Below, one piece after another: positions 27,579 to 38,079 of a DNA stretch of 64,000 bases; position 1 is the first letter of the stretch, and each line of letters opens with the position of its first letter. A model generated the notes under the pieces. The model made no database searches. It had not been told where the DNA came from and saw only the letters and a program-made list of their open reading frames with translations. Both the position numbers and the translations under genes were made by a program. The DNA comes from Nitrospirota bacterium (GTDB lineage: Bacteria > Nitrospirota > JACRHL01), in assembly GCA_016212085.1 (NCBI GenBank), contig JACRHL010000011.1:64161-128160 (forward strand). Direction: 5' to 3'.

Positions 27579-28465
27579 GGCGTGGCCGCCCCGCGCGGGT
27601 CGCGCTCCAGGCCCCGGGCGGCGGCCCAGCACCAGATGACCTTGGCCAGATACACGGCGGGAAAGGTATGCAGATCCTTGAGCAGCTCCGGGTGCCGCCA
27701 CCCGATGCGCGCCGTGACCGCCAGGGCCACCAGCGGCGCCAGCAGCCGCAGCCGCCACGGCCCGCGCAAGATCCACGGCGTGCCCAGCGCCACCGCGTGG
27801 CGGTGGCGCACCTGGATGGAATAGGGCGCCCAGGCCGCCGCGTGGCGCAGGAACCCCTGGAGGGAGGTGCGCACGTGGCGGTGGGCGGCGCGGGCGGCGG
27901 GCTCGAAGTGCATGGAGTGGCCCCGGGCCTCGAGGCGCATCATCAGGTCGAAGTCCTCGCCGCACACCAGGTCTTCCTGGAGGCCGTTCACCGCCTCCAG
28001 GGCGGCCTTGTCCAGGCACAGGTTGGCGCAGCTCAGGTGGAAGCCCCTGGGAGGGCCGGCGGGGGTGGAGGGCAGGAAGCCGTGGGCGGCGGCGATGTTG
28101 TCCGCCACGGACCAGTAGCCGTCCCGGTCGAAGGTGAGGGCGCCGCCCACCACGTCCGGTCCCTTGGCGCGGGCGGCGAGCATGGCGCGCATCCAGCCGG
28201 GCTCCGGCACGCAGTCCGCATCCAGGAACAGGCAAACCGCCCCGTTGGCCTGGCGGATGGCCTCGTTGCGGGCCTCCGCCGGGTTGTAGTCGCGCGGGGT
28301 CTCCACAAAGCGCACCCGCGGATCGGTGGGGATCAGGCCGAAGCGGTCGCGCCCCACCACCACCACCTCGAACGGCTCGTCCACCCCCTGCTGGGCGAGC
28401 ACGGCGTTCACGGTGTCGCCGATGCGCGGCGAGTGCAGGTTGGGGATCAGGACCGAAAGGCGCAC
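27575..28465 (-). CDS. GT2-family glycosyltransferase
   Basis: LSVLIPN, AEARNEA, FLDADC, GEDFDL; GTG start at 28465. Confidence 0.88.
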   Translation of the reverse strand: MRLSVLIPNLHSPRIGDTVNAVLAQQGVDEPFEVVVVGRDRFGLIPTDPRVRFVETPRDYNPAEARNEAIRQANGAVCLFLDADCVPEPGWMRAMLAARAKGPDVVGGALTFDRDGYWSVADNIAAAHGFLPSTPAGPPRGFHLSCANLCLDKAALEAVNGLQEDLVCGEDFDLMMRLEARGHSMHFEPAARAAHRHVRTSLQGFLRHAAAWAPYSIQVRHRHAVALGTPWILRGPWRLRLLAPLVALAVTARIGWRHPELLKDLHTFPAVYLAKVIWCWAAARGLERDPRGAATP

Positions 28466-28583
28466 CAAGGGAGTTCCAGGCCAGACACGAAAGGGACGGC
28501 CGGCGTCGGCCGGCAGGCCCCGTAAAAATAGCACAGCGGACGGCGCGGCCGACAATTCATCGGCGGAGCCGGCAAACACCGTG

Positions 28584-28592
28584 TGCTATGAT
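28584..28592 (+). promoter_or_regulatory. extended -10 promoter element for the bamA operon
   Basis: TG-C-TATGAT ~20 bp upstream of the bamA ATG. Confidence 0.45.
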
Positions 28593-28612
28593 TTCCCGCT
28601 TTGATTTTGATC

Positions 28613-30916
28613 ATGCACACCCGTACCCGCCTCCTCACCCACCTGCTTGCCGTTTTCGCCATGCTTTGCATATCGGCGGGGACGGCCCGCGCCGACACCG
28701 CCGCGCTGATCGGCCGCCCGGTGGTGGCCATCGACGTGGCGGGCCACACGACCATCGAGGAAACCACCCTGCGCGGCGCCATGAGCGCCCGCGTCGGCGA
28801 TCCCCTGTCCGACCGCGCCGTGGCGGACGATGTGCGCAAGATCTTCGCCCTGGGCTTCTTCCGCGACGTGGTGGTGGAGGCCGAGCCCGATGGCGACGGG
28901 GTGCGGCTGACCTACCGGGTGGAGGAGCTGCCCAACCTGTCGGCGGTGACCTTCGAGGGCAACGACAAGGTGCTGGAGGAAACCCTGAAAGGGGCGGCCG
29001 CGGGCCTTACCGAGGGTGTGTTCCTGGCGCCGGACAAGCTGATCAAGGCCCGCGAGGGGCTGCTCGATGAGTATGCGGACGCCGGCTTCCGCCGCGCCCA
29101 GGTGGTGCCGGTGCAGGTGGTGACCCGCAGCGAGGGGGGCGACCGGGTGGACCTGTCGTTCGTGATCGAGGAGGGCGACAAGACCAAGATCGGCATCATC
29201 CGCGTCGAGGGCAACGAGGCGTTCTCGGACCGCATCCTCAAGAAGCGCCTGAAGACCCGGGAGCGCTTCTGGCTCACCAGCTGGATCACCGACTCGGGCA
29301 TCTACAAGCCCGCCCAGGTGCAGGACGACCTGCTGCGCCTGGAGGACTATTACCAGGACCACGGCTATCCGGAGGTGGTGGTGTCGGAGCCGGTCAGCGA
29401 TCTCTCCGCCGACCTGCGCTGGCAGACCCTCACCTACCCGGTGCAGGAGGGGCGCCTCTACCACATGGGCGAGGTCCGTTACGAACACGCCGGCAAGGTG
29501 CCGGAGGCGGAACTGACCGCCGACCTGACGGTGCGCGCGGGGAACCTCTACGACCGCTCCGCCATCCGCGCCGACCGGGCCCGCATCACCGACGTGCTGG
29601 GCGAGCACGGCTACGCCTTCGCCCAGGTGACCCCCGATCCGGTGCCGCGCCCGGAGGACGGCCTGATGGATATCGCCTTCCGGGTCGACGAGGGGGAACA
29701 GGTGCGCATCCGCCGCATCAACATCAGCGGCAACACCAAGACCCGCGACAAGGTGATCCGCCGCGAGGTGCGCCAGCAGGAGGGCGAGATCATCAACACG
29801 GCGCTGCTGCGCCGCAGCTTCCAGCGCATCAACAACCTCAATTTCTTCGAGAGCATCGACATCGTGCCGGTGGAGGTGGGTTCCGGCGAGCTGGACCTGG
29901 ACGTGAAGGTCAAGGAGAAGTCCACCGGCCAGTTCTCCGTGGGCGGCGGCTACAGCTCCGTGGACGGCCTGGTGGGCCTGGCCGAGGTCACCCAGGGCAA
30001 TCTGGGCGGCCGCGGCCAGACCCTGAGCGGCCGCTTCGAGCGCAGCGGCCGGCGCACGGTCTACAACCTGCGCTTCCAGGAGCCATACCTGTTCGACACC
30101 ACCTATTCCGCCGGGTTCGACCTGTTCAACACCGCGCGCGACTTCGAGTCGTACGAGGAAACCCGCACCGGCGGCAGCGTCACCCTGGGCAAGTCCGTGG
30201 GCGAGTACGTGAGCGGCGCGCTCACCTACAGCCTGGAGGCGGTGGACATCAAGGTGCTCGACGCCACGGCCCCCAGCATCATCACCAGCCAGGCGGGCAG
30301 TTCCACCACCGGCGCCCTGGGTTTTTCGCTCACCCGCGACGCGCGCGACAACTTCATGGACCCGACCCGCGGCACCCGCAACGTGCTGGCGGTGGAGGTG
30401 GCCGACAACGCGCTGGGCGGCACCAACCAGTTCTGGAAGGGGTCCATCGAGTCGAGCGCCTATCTCCCGCTGTTCAAGGGGTCGGCCCTCTCGTTCCGCA
30501 ACCTGGTGGGCATGGGCAGGGGGTTCGGCGGCAAGGCGCTGCCCCCCGGCGAGCGCTATTTTGTTGGCGGCATGCGCACCGTGCGCGGCTTCGGCTTTGG
30601 CGAGGCGGGCCCGCTGGCCACCAACGGCGACCCCGTGGGCGGCCCCAAGGAGTGGGTGATGAGCGCCGAGCTGGCGTTCCCGCTGGTGGCCGCCGCCAAC
30701 CTGAAGGGCGCCCTGTTCGTGGACTGGGGCGCGGGCTTCGACGACGGCCAGTCGTTCAGCACCCGCGACCTGAACCTGACCTGGGGCTACGAGATCCGCT
30801 GGATATCGCCCCTGGGCCCGCTGCGCTTCGGCTTTGGCTGGGTGCTGGACGATCAGCGCCCGGCGGCCTTCCAGAACGGTGGCGAGCAGTTGTTCACCAT
30901 CGGTACGTTCTTCTGA
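28613..30916 (+). CDS. bamA: outer membrane protein assembly factor BamA
   Basis: Signal peptide, POTRA domains (GNTKTRDKVIRRE), TVRGF, WISPLGPLRF, C-terminal Phe. Confidence 0.97.
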   Translation: MHTRTRLLTHLLAVFAMLCISAGTARADTAALIGRPVVAIDVAGHTTIEETTLRGAMSARVGDPLSDRAVADDVRKIFALGFFRDVVVEAEPDGDGVRLTYRVEELPNLSAVTFEGNDKVLEETLKGAAAGLTEGVFLAPDKLIKAREGLLDEYADAGFRRAQVVPVQVVTRSEGGDRVDLSFVIEEGDKTKIGIIRVEGNEAFSDRILKKRLKTRERFWLTSWITDSGIYKPAQVQDDLLRLEDYYQDHGYPEVVVSEPVSDLSADLRWQTLTYPVQEGRLYHMGEVRYEHAGKVPEAELTADLTVRAGNLYDRSAIRADRARITDVLGEHGYAFAQVTPDPVPRPEDGLMDIAFRVDEGEQVRIRRINISGNTKTRDKVIRREVRQQEGEIINTALLRRSFQRINNLNFFESIDIVPVEVGSGELDLDVKVKEKSTGQFSVGGGYSSVDGLVGLAEVTQGNLGGRGQTLSGRFERSGRRTVYNLRFQEPYLFDTTYSAGFDLFNTARDFESYEETRTGGSVTLGKSVGEYVSGALTYSLEAVDIKVLDATAPSIITSQAGSSTTGALGFSLTRDARDNFMDPTRGTRNVLAVEVADNALGGTNQFWKGSIESSAYLPLFKGSALSFRNLVGMGRGFGGKALPPGERYFVGGMRTVRGFGFGEAGPLATNGDPVGGPKEWVMSAELAFPLVAAANLKGALFVDWGAGFDDGQSFSTRDLNLTWGYEIRWISPLGPLRFGFGWVLDDQRPAAFQNGGEQLFTIGTFF

Positions 30917-31039
30917 TTCCCGGGGCCGGCCGTTTGAAGCGGCCCGCCCGCGGGGGGTATTCTTTTACGGATTCGGTTCCGGCCGCCCGGAACCCAGGGA
31001 CGGGGTGTGGTCCCCCGCCCGGCACCACGAAGGGGATTG

Positions 31040-31585
31040 ATGAAAGCCATGAGAACAGCCACCGTGGGCCGCGTGCTCCTGATCCTGTTGGCCGTGTGCT
31101 GCCTGGCGGCGCCGGCGACCGCCCGCGCCGAGGGCCAGAAGATGGGGTGGATCGACGCCCAGAAGATCCTCGACGAGAGCAAGGCCGGCAAGGCCATCAA
31201 GTCGCGCGTGGAGGCCTACCGCGACAGCCGCCAGGCGGTGATCGACCTGGAGGAGCAGGAACTCAAGGACCTCGAGACCAAGCTGGGGCAGCAGATGGCG
31301 CTGCTTACCGAGGACGCGCGCCGCGCCAAGCAGGTGGAGTTCAAGGACCGGCTGGAGCAGTACCAGAAAAAGGTCATGGAACTCACCCAGGAGTTGCAGG
31401 ACAAGAAGGTCGAGCTGCTCACCGAGTTCAACGACCTGCTCTCCACCGCGCTCGACAAGGTGGCCAAGCGCGGCGGCTACGACTTCATCTTCGACCAGGG
31501 CGGCGAAAGCGCCCTGGTGTACGGCGCCAAGACCTACGACCTCACCGACCAGGTGATGGCGGAGATCGATGCCGCCCAGCCCTAA
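31040..31585 (+). CDS. skp: periplasmic chaperone Skp/OmpH
   Basis: Signal peptide, [11 protein letters not shown], coiled coil, YDFIFD...DLTDQV; follows bamA. Confidence 0.92.
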   Translation: MKAMRTATVGRVLLILLAVCCLAAPATARAEGQKMGWIDAQKILDESKAGKAIKSRVEAYRDSRQAVIDLEEQELKDLETKLGQQMALLTEDARRAKQVEFKDRLEQYQKKVMELTQELQDKKVELLTEFNDLLSTALDKVAKRGGYDFIFDQGGESALVYGAKTYDLTDQVMAEIDAAQP

Positions 31586-32597
31586 CGGCGCCACCCTGGC
31601 CGAGCTGGCCGGGCTCATCGGCGCGCGCCTGGTGGGGGACGGGGGGCGCGCCGTGCGCGGCGTCGGCCCCATCGGCGATGCGGGGCCGGACCAGATCACC
31701 TTTCTGGCCAACCCGCGCTACCGGCCGGCCCTGGGCGCCTGCAAGGCGGCGGCGGTGATCATCGCCGAGGAGGTGGCCGGACTGCCCATGGCCCAACTGG
31801 TGATGGGCGACCCCTACTACGGCTATGCGCGGGTGCTCCAGCACCTGTACCGCGCGCCGCGCCGCGCCGCCGGCATCTCCACCGACGCGCGGGTGGCGGG
31901 CACGGTGGGGGAGGACCCGGACATCGGGCCGTTCGCCACCGTCGGCGCGGGCAGCTCCCTGGGGGACCGGGTGACCCTGCACGCCGGCGTGCGCGTCGGG
32001 AATCACTGCGCCATCGGCGACGACGTGGTGCTGCACCCCAACGTGGTGGTGTACGACGGCTGCGTGATCGGCAACCGGGTGATCGTCCACGCGGGCACCG
32101 TGATCGGCAGCGACGGCTTCGGGTTCGCCACCCACGGCGGCGTGCACCACAAGATCCCCCACGTGGGGCGGGTGGTGATCGGCGACGACGTGGAACTGGG
32201 CGCCGGCGTCACCGTGGACCGCGGCGCCCTGGGTGACACGGTCATCGGCCCCGGCACCAAGGTGGACAACCTGGTGCAGATCGCCCACAACGTGCGCCTG
32301 GGGAAGGGCTGCCTGCTGGTCGGCCAGAGCGGCGTCTCCGGCAGCAGCGAGCTGGGGGACTATGTGGTGCTGGGCGGCAAGGCGGGGGTGGCCGGGCACC
32401 TCGCCGTTGGCGACCAGGCCATGATCGGCGGCATGGCCGGCGTGACCAAGAACCTGGAGGGCGGGCAGATGTACTCGGGCTTTCCCGCCCGGCCGCACCG
32501 CGAGTTCATGAAGGCCCAGGCGGCCACCCTGCGCGTGCCGGAGCTGCGCGAGCGGGTGCGGCGCCTGGAGGATCGCCTGGGGGACGGCAAGGAATAA
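31569..32597 (+). CDS. lpxD: UDP-3-O-acylglucosamine N-acyltransferase
   Basis: ITFLANPRY, hexapeptide repeats, [27 protein letters not shown]. Confidence 0.97.
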   Translation: MPPSPNGATLAELAGLIGARLVGDGGRAVRGVGPIGDAGPDQITFLANPRYRPALGACKAAAVIIAEEVAGLPMAQLVMGDPYYGYARVLQHLYRAPRRAAGISTDARVAGTVGEDPDIGPFATVGAGSSLGDRVTLHAGVRVGNHCAIGDDVVLHPNVVVYDGCVIGNRVIVHAGTVIGSDGFGFATHGGVHHKIPHVGRVVIGDDVELGAGVTVDRGALGDTVIGPGTKVDNLVQIAHNVRLGKGCLLVGQSGVSGSSELGDYVVLGGKAGVAGHLAVGDQAMIGGMAGVTKNLEGGQMYSGFPARPHREFMKAQAATLRVPELRERVRRLEDRLGDGKE

Positions 32598-32642
32598 CCC
32601 TTTTCGCCCGGCACCCCGGGCCCGTGGAGGACGCGACAAACG

Positions 32643-33092
32643 ATGGTGATGGACTGCGCGCAGATCATGGAGGTGCTCCCGCACCGTTACCCGTTCCTCC
32701 TGGTGGACCGGGTGGACGAGATGGAGCTGGGGCAGCGCATCGTGGCCACCAAGAACGTGACCATCAACGAGCCGTTCTTTCCCGGCCACTTCCCCGGCCA
32801 TCCGATCATGCCCGGCGTGCTGATCATCGAGGCCATGGCCCAGGTGGGCGGCATCCTCGCCTACAAGACCGCCGAATCGCGCCAGAGCGGCAAGTTCGGC
32901 AGGAAGCTCACCTACTTCATGGGCATCGACAAGGCCAAGTTCCGCCGCCCGGTGAACCCCGGCGACACCCTGCGCCTCGAGCTCACCCTGCTCCAGGAAC
33001 GCGCCCCCTACTGGAAGCTCCAGGGCCGGGCGTTCGTGGACGGCAAGCTGGTGTGCGAGGCGGAACTGAAGGCCATGCTGGCGGACGCGTGA
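32643..33092 (+). CDS. fabZ: 3-hydroxyacyl-ACP dehydratase
   Basis: [40 protein letters not shown]. Confidence 0.98.
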   Translation: MVMDCAQIMEVLPHRYPFLLVDRVDEMELGQRIVATKNVTINEPFFPGHFPGHPIMPGVLIIEAMAQVGGILAYKTAESRQSGKFGRKLTYFMGIDKAKFRRPVNPGDTLRLELTLLQERAPYWKLQGRAFVDGKLVCEAELKAMLADA

Positions 33093-33094
33093 GC

Positions 33095-33871
33095 ATGACC
33101 ACCATCCACCCCAGCGCCGTGGTTGACCCCAGGGCCGAACTTGGCGTGGGCGTCAGCGTCGGCCCGTTCTCGGTGATCGAGGCGGGCGTGCGGGTGGGCG
33201 ACCGCTGCCAGATCGGCCCCCACGTGGTGCTGTCGGGCCACACCACCCTGGGCAGCGGCAACCGCGTGTTTCCGCACAACGCCATCGGCGGCATCCCGCA
33301 GGACCTGAAGTATGCCGGCGAGGACACCCGCCTGGAGATCGGCGACGACAACACCTTCCGCGAGTTCATGACCGTCAACACGGGCACCGTGGGCGGTGGC
33401 GGCGTCACCCGCATCGGCAACGGCAACCTGTTCATGGCCTATGTGCACATCGCCCACGACTGCATCATCGGCGACGGCGCCATCCTGGCCAACGCGGTCA
33501 CCCTGGCCGGCCACGTGACGGTGGAGGACCGGGCGGTGATCGGCGGCCTGACCGCCGTGCACCAGTTCTCGCGCATCGGCCAGCTTGCCATGATCGGCGG
33601 CTGCTCGGCGGTGGACCAGGACGTGCCGCCGTTCTGCCTGGCCATCGGCAACCGGGTGACCCTGCGCGGCCTCAACCTCACCGGCCTGAAGCGCGCCGGC
33701 CTGTCGCGGGAGGCGGTCCGCGACCTGCGCGACGCGTATGCGCTGCTGTTCTCGGAGCAGACGCCCCTGGCGGACACCATCCCCCAGGTGCGCTCCAGGT
33801 GGCCGGACGATCCGCGCGTGGCCACCCTGACCGGGTTCCTGGAATCCAGCGAGCGGGGGGTGTGCCGCTGA
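33095..33871 (+). CDS. lpxA: UDP-N-acetylglucosamine O-acyltransferase
   Basis: IHPSAVVDP, PQDLKY, HIAHDC, LAGHV, VHQF; ATG 33095. Confidence 0.97.
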   Translation: MTTIHPSAVVDPRAELGVGVSVGPFSVIEAGVRVGDRCQIGPHVVLSGHTTLGSGNRVFPHNAIGGIPQDLKYAGEDTRLEIGDDNTFREFMTVNTGTVGGGGVTRIGNGNLFMAYVHIAHDCIIGDGAILANAVTLAGHVTVEDRAVIGGLTAVHQFSRIGQLAMIGGCSAVDQDVPPFCLAIGNRVTLRGLNLTGLKRAGLSREAVRDLRDAYALLFSEQTPLADTIPQVRSRWPDDPRVATLTGFLESSERGVCR

Positions 33872-35037
33872 CGGGCGGGGCGGCACCCAACGTCTTCCTG
33901 TCCGCCTGCGAGGCGTCCGCCGACCTGCACGGCGCGCACCTGATGCGGGCCATTGCCCAGGAACGTCCGGCGGCGCGCTTCGCGGGCATCGGCGGCGAGC
34001 GCATGGGCGCGGCCGGGCAGGAACAGCTGTTCCACGCCCGCGACCTGAGCGTGATGGGCCTCACCGAGGTGCTGGGCCGGCTCGGGGCCGTGCGCCGGGC
34101 CTTCGCCGCCGCGCGCCGGGCCTTCGCGGAAGGCGGCGTCGACGTGGCGGTGCTCATCGACGCGCCGGATTTCAACCTGCGCCTGGCCGCCCACGCGCGC
34201 CGCGCGGGCATTCCGGTGGTGTATTTCATCGGCCCCAAGTTCTGGGCGTGGCGGAAGGGGCGCCTGAGGACCATCGCCGCCCGAGTGGACCACATGATGA
34301 CCATCCTGCCCTTCGAGAAACCGCTCTACGACGCCGCCGGGGTGCCCGCCACCTACGTGGGCAACCCGCTGGTGGACGAGATGGCCGAGGTCGCCGCCGC
34401 CGCCCCGACCCCCGGCGGCTGGCGCCCGTCGGACCTGGGGCTGGATGACGCCCGGCCGCTGGTGGCCCTGCTGCCCGGCAGCCGCCCCGGCGAGATCGCC
34501 GCCATCCTGCCCGGCCTGCTGGACGCGGCCGGACGGGTGGCGGAACGGGTGCCGGATGCCCAGTTCGCCCTGCCCGTGGCCCCCTCCCTGGACGGGGCCG
34601 CCATCCGCGCGCGGGTGGCGGCGTGCGGCGTGCCGGTGACCTGCCTGGACGGCCGGGCGGTGGAGCTGCTGTGCGCCGCCAGGGTGGCCGCCATGGCCTC
34701 CGGCACCGTCACCCTGCAGGCCGCCCTGGCGGGCACGCCGGGGGTGATCGTGTACCGGGTTTCCCCGCTCACCTGGGCGGTGGGGCGGCGCCTGGTGACG
34801 CTGAGCCACGTGGGGCTGGTGAACCTGGTGGCCGGCGAGGGGGTCGTGCCCGAGCTGTTGCAGGACGCCTTCACGCCGGAGGCGGTCGCCGAGCAGTTGG
34901 TGGCGTTGCTTGCGGATGGCGGCGCCCGCGACCGGCAGTGCAAGGGCCTGGCCAGGGTGCGCGGCCTCATGGGGGGCGCCGGCGCCCCCCGGCGCGCGGC
35001 CAGGGTGGTGCTGGACCATGTGCGGGGGGCGGCCTGA
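33862..35037 (+). CDS. lpxB: lipid-A-disaccharide synthase
   Basis: EASADLHG, SVMGLTEV, IDAPDFN, WAWRKGR, ILPFE, LLPGSR, SGTVTL; start approximate (GTG 33862). Confidence 0.95.
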   Translation: MPLTGGAAPNVFLSACEASADLHGAHLMRAIAQERPAARFAGIGGERMGAAGQEQLFHARDLSVMGLTEVLGRLGAVRRAFAAARRAFAEGGVDVAVLIDAPDFNLRLAAHARRAGIPVVYFIGPKFWAWRKGRLRTIAARVDHMMTILPFEKPLYDAAGVPATYVGNPLVDEMAEVAAAAPTPGGWRPSDLGLDDARPLVALLPGSRPGEIAAILPGLLDAAGRVAERVPDAQFALPVAPSLDGAAIRARVAACGVPVTCLDGRAVELLCAARVAAMASGTVTLQAALAGTPGVIVYRVSPLTWAVGRRLVTLSHVGLVNLVAGEGVVPELLQDAFTPEAVAEQLVALLADGGARDRQCKGLARVRGLMGGAGAPRRAARVVLDHVRGAA

Positions 35038-36794
35038 TGCCCGGCGCCACGCCCACCGACTTCCGCCGCCTGCTGGGCTACCTGCGGCCCTACCTGGGCT
35101 TGAGTACCGCCATCATCGGCCTGGGGTTGGTGGTGTCCGGCGCCACCGGCGCCAGCGCTTATATCATCCGCCCGGTCATGGACAAGGTGTTCGTGGACCG
35201 GGAGGCGGGCATGCTGGCCTGGCTGCCGTGGGCGGTGCTGGCCATCTTTTTCGTGAAGTGCACCGCCGCGTACGGCCAGTCGGTGCTCACCGAAATGCTC
35301 GGCAGCCGCGTGCTGATGGATATCCGCAACGACTTCTTTGGCGCCCTGCTGTCGCTGCCCGTGGGGCGCTTCACCACCACCGCCAGCGGCGAGTACGTGA
35401 GCCGCCTCACCAACGATGTGGCGCTGCTGCAACGGGTGGTGGGCACCCTGGTCAAGGACCTGGTGCGCAACGGCGCCACGGTGATCGTGCTGATCGGGGT
35501 GATCCTCTACCAGGACGCCTTCCTGGCCATCTTCGCCCTGGGCGTGATGCCCATCGCCTACTATCCGCTGATCGCCCTCAGCAAGCGCCTGCGCAAGCGC
35601 AGCCGCGAGGGGCAGGAGGCGGTGTCCATCCTCACCCAGGTGCTCACCGGCACCCTGGGCGGCATCCGCGAGGTGAAGGGCTTCGTGGCCGAGGAGCGCG
35701 AGGCCCGGCGCTTCGCCGGGGCCAACCGGGTGTACCGCTCGACGGTGGTGCGGGTGGCGCGGGTGGCCTCCATCCCCCCGCCGATGATGGAATTCATCGG
35801 CGCCCTGGGCATCGTGGGCATCATCATGGCCGGGGGCACGCGGGTGATCGACGGGGCCATCACCGCCGGCGCCTTCTGGTCGTTCGTGGCCGCCTGCCTG
35901 ATGCTTTACAGCCCCATGCGCTCCCTGGCCCTCACCAACGCCAACCTGCAACAGGCGCTGGCCGCCGCCCGGCGCGTGTTCGAGGTGCTCGACATGCCGC
36001 GCGAGGGGCAGGACGGCGGTGCCCGCGTCCTGGACGGCGTGCGCGAGTCGGTGGTGTTTGATGGCGTGTCCTTCGCCTATGCGGGTGAGGACGGGGGCGC
36101 CGTGCGCGGCGTGTCGCTGACCGCCGGCGTGGGTGACGTGGTGGCCCTGGTGGGCCCCTCCGGCGCCGGCAAGAGCACGCTGGTGAACCTGATCCCGCGC
36201 TTCCTGGAACCGGCGGAGGGGGTGATCCGCATCGACGGGGTGGACAGCCGGGAGTTCTCGCTGCCGTCCCTGCGCGCCCGGATCGGCATCGTGGGCCAGG
36301 ACCCGGTGCTGTTCGACGCCACCATCGGCGAGAACATCGCCTACGGCGCCGGCGGCGCCGAGGTGAGCGCCGAGGCCATCGCCGACGCGGCCGCCAAGGC
36401 CCACGCCCACGACTTCATCAGCGCCCTGCCGAACGGCTACGACACGCGGGTGGGCGAGCGCGGCGTGATGCTGTCCGGCGGGCAGCGCCAGCGCATCGCC
36501 ATCGCCCGCGCCATCCTCAAGGACGCGCCCATCCTGATCCTGGACGAGGCCACATCGGCCCTCGACTCGGAGAGCGAGCGCCACGTGCAGGAGGCCCTGA
36601 ACGGGCTGATGGCGCGGCGCACCACGTTCGTCATCGCCCATCGCCTGTCCACCGTGCGCCACGCCACGCAGATCCTGGTGCTGGACGGCGGCCGGGTGGC
36701 GGAGCGCGGCACCCACGACGAGCTGCTGGCCCTGGACGGCCTCTACCGCAAGCTGCACGACATCCAGCTGAAACCCGCCGCGCACGGGGGGTAG
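35037..36794 (+). CDS. msbA: lipid A export ABC transporter MsbA
   Basis: Membrane domain plus GPSGAGKS, LSGGQRQR, ILDEATSALD; between lpxB and waaA. Confidence 0.9.
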   Translation: MPGATPTDFRRLLGYLRPYLGLSTAIIGLGLVVSGATGASAYIIRPVMDKVFVDREAGMLAWLPWAVLAIFFVKCTAAYGQSVLTEMLGSRVLMDIRNDFFGALLSLPVGRFTTTASGEYVSRLTNDVALLQRVVGTLVKDLVRNGATVIVLIGVILYQDAFLAIFALGVMPIAYYPLIALSKRLRKRSREGQEAVSILTQVLTGTLGGIREVKGFVAEEREARRFAGANRVYRSTVVRVARVASIPPPMMEFIGALGIVGIIMAGGTRVIDGAITAGAFWSFVAACLMLYSPMRSLALTNANLQQALAAARRVFEVLDMPREGQDGGARVLDGVRESVVFDGVSFAYAGEDGGAVRGVSLTAGVGDVVALVGPSGAGKSTLVNLIPRFLEPAEGVIRIDGVDSREFSLPSLRARIGIVGQDPVLFDATIGENIAYGAGGAEVSAEAIADAAAKAHAHDFISALPNGYDTRVGERGVMLSGGQRQRIAIARAILKDAPILILDEATSALDSESERHVQEALNGLMARRTTFVIAHRLSTVRHATQILVLDGGRVAERGTHDELLALDGLYRKLHDIQLKPAAHGG

Positions 36795-36795
36795 C

Positions 36796-38079
36796 TTGTA
36801 CCTCCCCCTTTACAATCTGGCCCTGCTCCTGGGGCTGCCGTTCGGCGCGGCGGCGCTGGCGTGGCGCGTGGCGCGCCACGCCGAGTACCGCCACGCCCTG
36901 GGGGAGCGCTTCGGCCAGGTGGCCCCGTCACCGCCGGACCGCACGGTGATCTGGCTGCACGCGGTGAGCGTGGGCGAGGTGATCTCGGCCGTCCCCCTGG
37001 TGCGCGCCCTGCGCGAGGCCTACCCGGAGGCGCACCTGGTGGTGAGCTGCGGCACCTCCACCGGCCGCGCCACCGCCCTGGAACGCCTGGAGGGCATCGC
37101 GGACCGGGTCATCTACCTGGCCTACGACCTGCCGCCCCTGGTGTGGCCCGCCGTGCGCGCCGTCCGTCCGGACTTGGTGCTGCTGGTGGAAACGGAGATA
37201 TGGCCCAACCTGCTGTTGGCCCTGGGCCGCCGGCGGGTGCCCGCGCTGCTGGTCAACGGCCGCATCTCGCGGCGCTCCTTCCCCCGCTACATGCGGGTGC
37301 GGCCGCTCATGCGCGATGCCCTTGCGCCGCTCACGCGCCTGCTCATGCAGACCCCGCGCGACGCCAGTCGGCTGGTGCGCATCGGCGCCCCGCGCCACAA
37401 GGTGCGGGTACTGGGCAACATCAAGTACGACCAGCCCCTCCCCCGGGTGACCCTGGGGCAACTGGAGGCCCATGCCGCCGCCCTGGGTTTTGCCACCGGC
37501 ACGCCGGTGCTGCTTGCCGGCAGCACCCACGCGGGGGAGGAGGAGGCGCTGGCGCGGGTGTGGCGGCGCCTGCGCGAGCGGGAGCCGAAGCTGGTGCTGG
37601 TGCTGGCCGTGCGCCACCCCAACCGGGCCCCGGACGTGGTGGCGCGGCTGGCGGCCATGGGCATCGACGCCGGCCGCAGGAGCCTGGGCGATTGCGCCGG
37701 CAAGCCGGTGGTGCTGCTCGACACGGTGGGCGAGCTGGCCCAGCACTACGCCCTGGCCACGGTGGCCTTCGTCGGCGGCAGCCTGGTGCCGGTGGGGGGC
37801 CACAACCCGCTGGAACCGGCCGCCATGGGGGTGCCGGTGGTGTACGGCCCGCACGTTACCAACTTCCTGGGGCCGTGCGGCTCGCTGGAGGCCTCCCACG
37901 CGGCCGTGCGGGTGGCGGACGAGGACGAGCTGGCCGAGGTGGCCGGCCGCCTGCTGGCGGACCCGGACCGCCGCCGCGAGATGGGCATGGCCGGGCAGGC
38001 GGTGTTCCGCCTCAACCAGGGCGCGGTGGCGCGGACCCTGCGCGAGATCCGCGAGGTGCTGGACGGTGGCCGCCCTTGA
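36796..38079 (+). CDS. waaA: Kdo transferase
   Basis: WLHAVSVGE, ETEIWPN, NGRIS, GNIKYD, GSTH, GGHNPLEPA. Confidence 0.96.
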   Translation: MYLPLYNLALLLGLPFGAAALAWRVARHAEYRHALGERFGQVAPSPPDRTVIWLHAVSVGEVISAVPLVRALREAYPEAHLVVSCGTSTGRATALERLEGIADRVIYLAYDLPPLVWPAVRAVRPDLVLLVETEIWPNLLLALGRRRVPALLVNGRISRRSFPRYMRVRPLMRDALAPLTRLLMQTPRDASRLVRIGAPRHKVRVLGNIKYDQPLPRVTLGQLEAHAAALGFATGTPVLLAGSTHAGEEEALARVWRRLREREPKLVLVLAVRHPNRAPDVVARLAAMGIDAGRRSLGDCAGKPVVLLDTVGELAQHYALATVAFVGGSLVPVGGHNPLEPAAMGVPVVYGPHVTNFLGPCGSLEASHAAVRVADEDELAEVAGRLLADPDRRREMGMAGQAVFRLNQGAVARTLREIREVLDGGRP

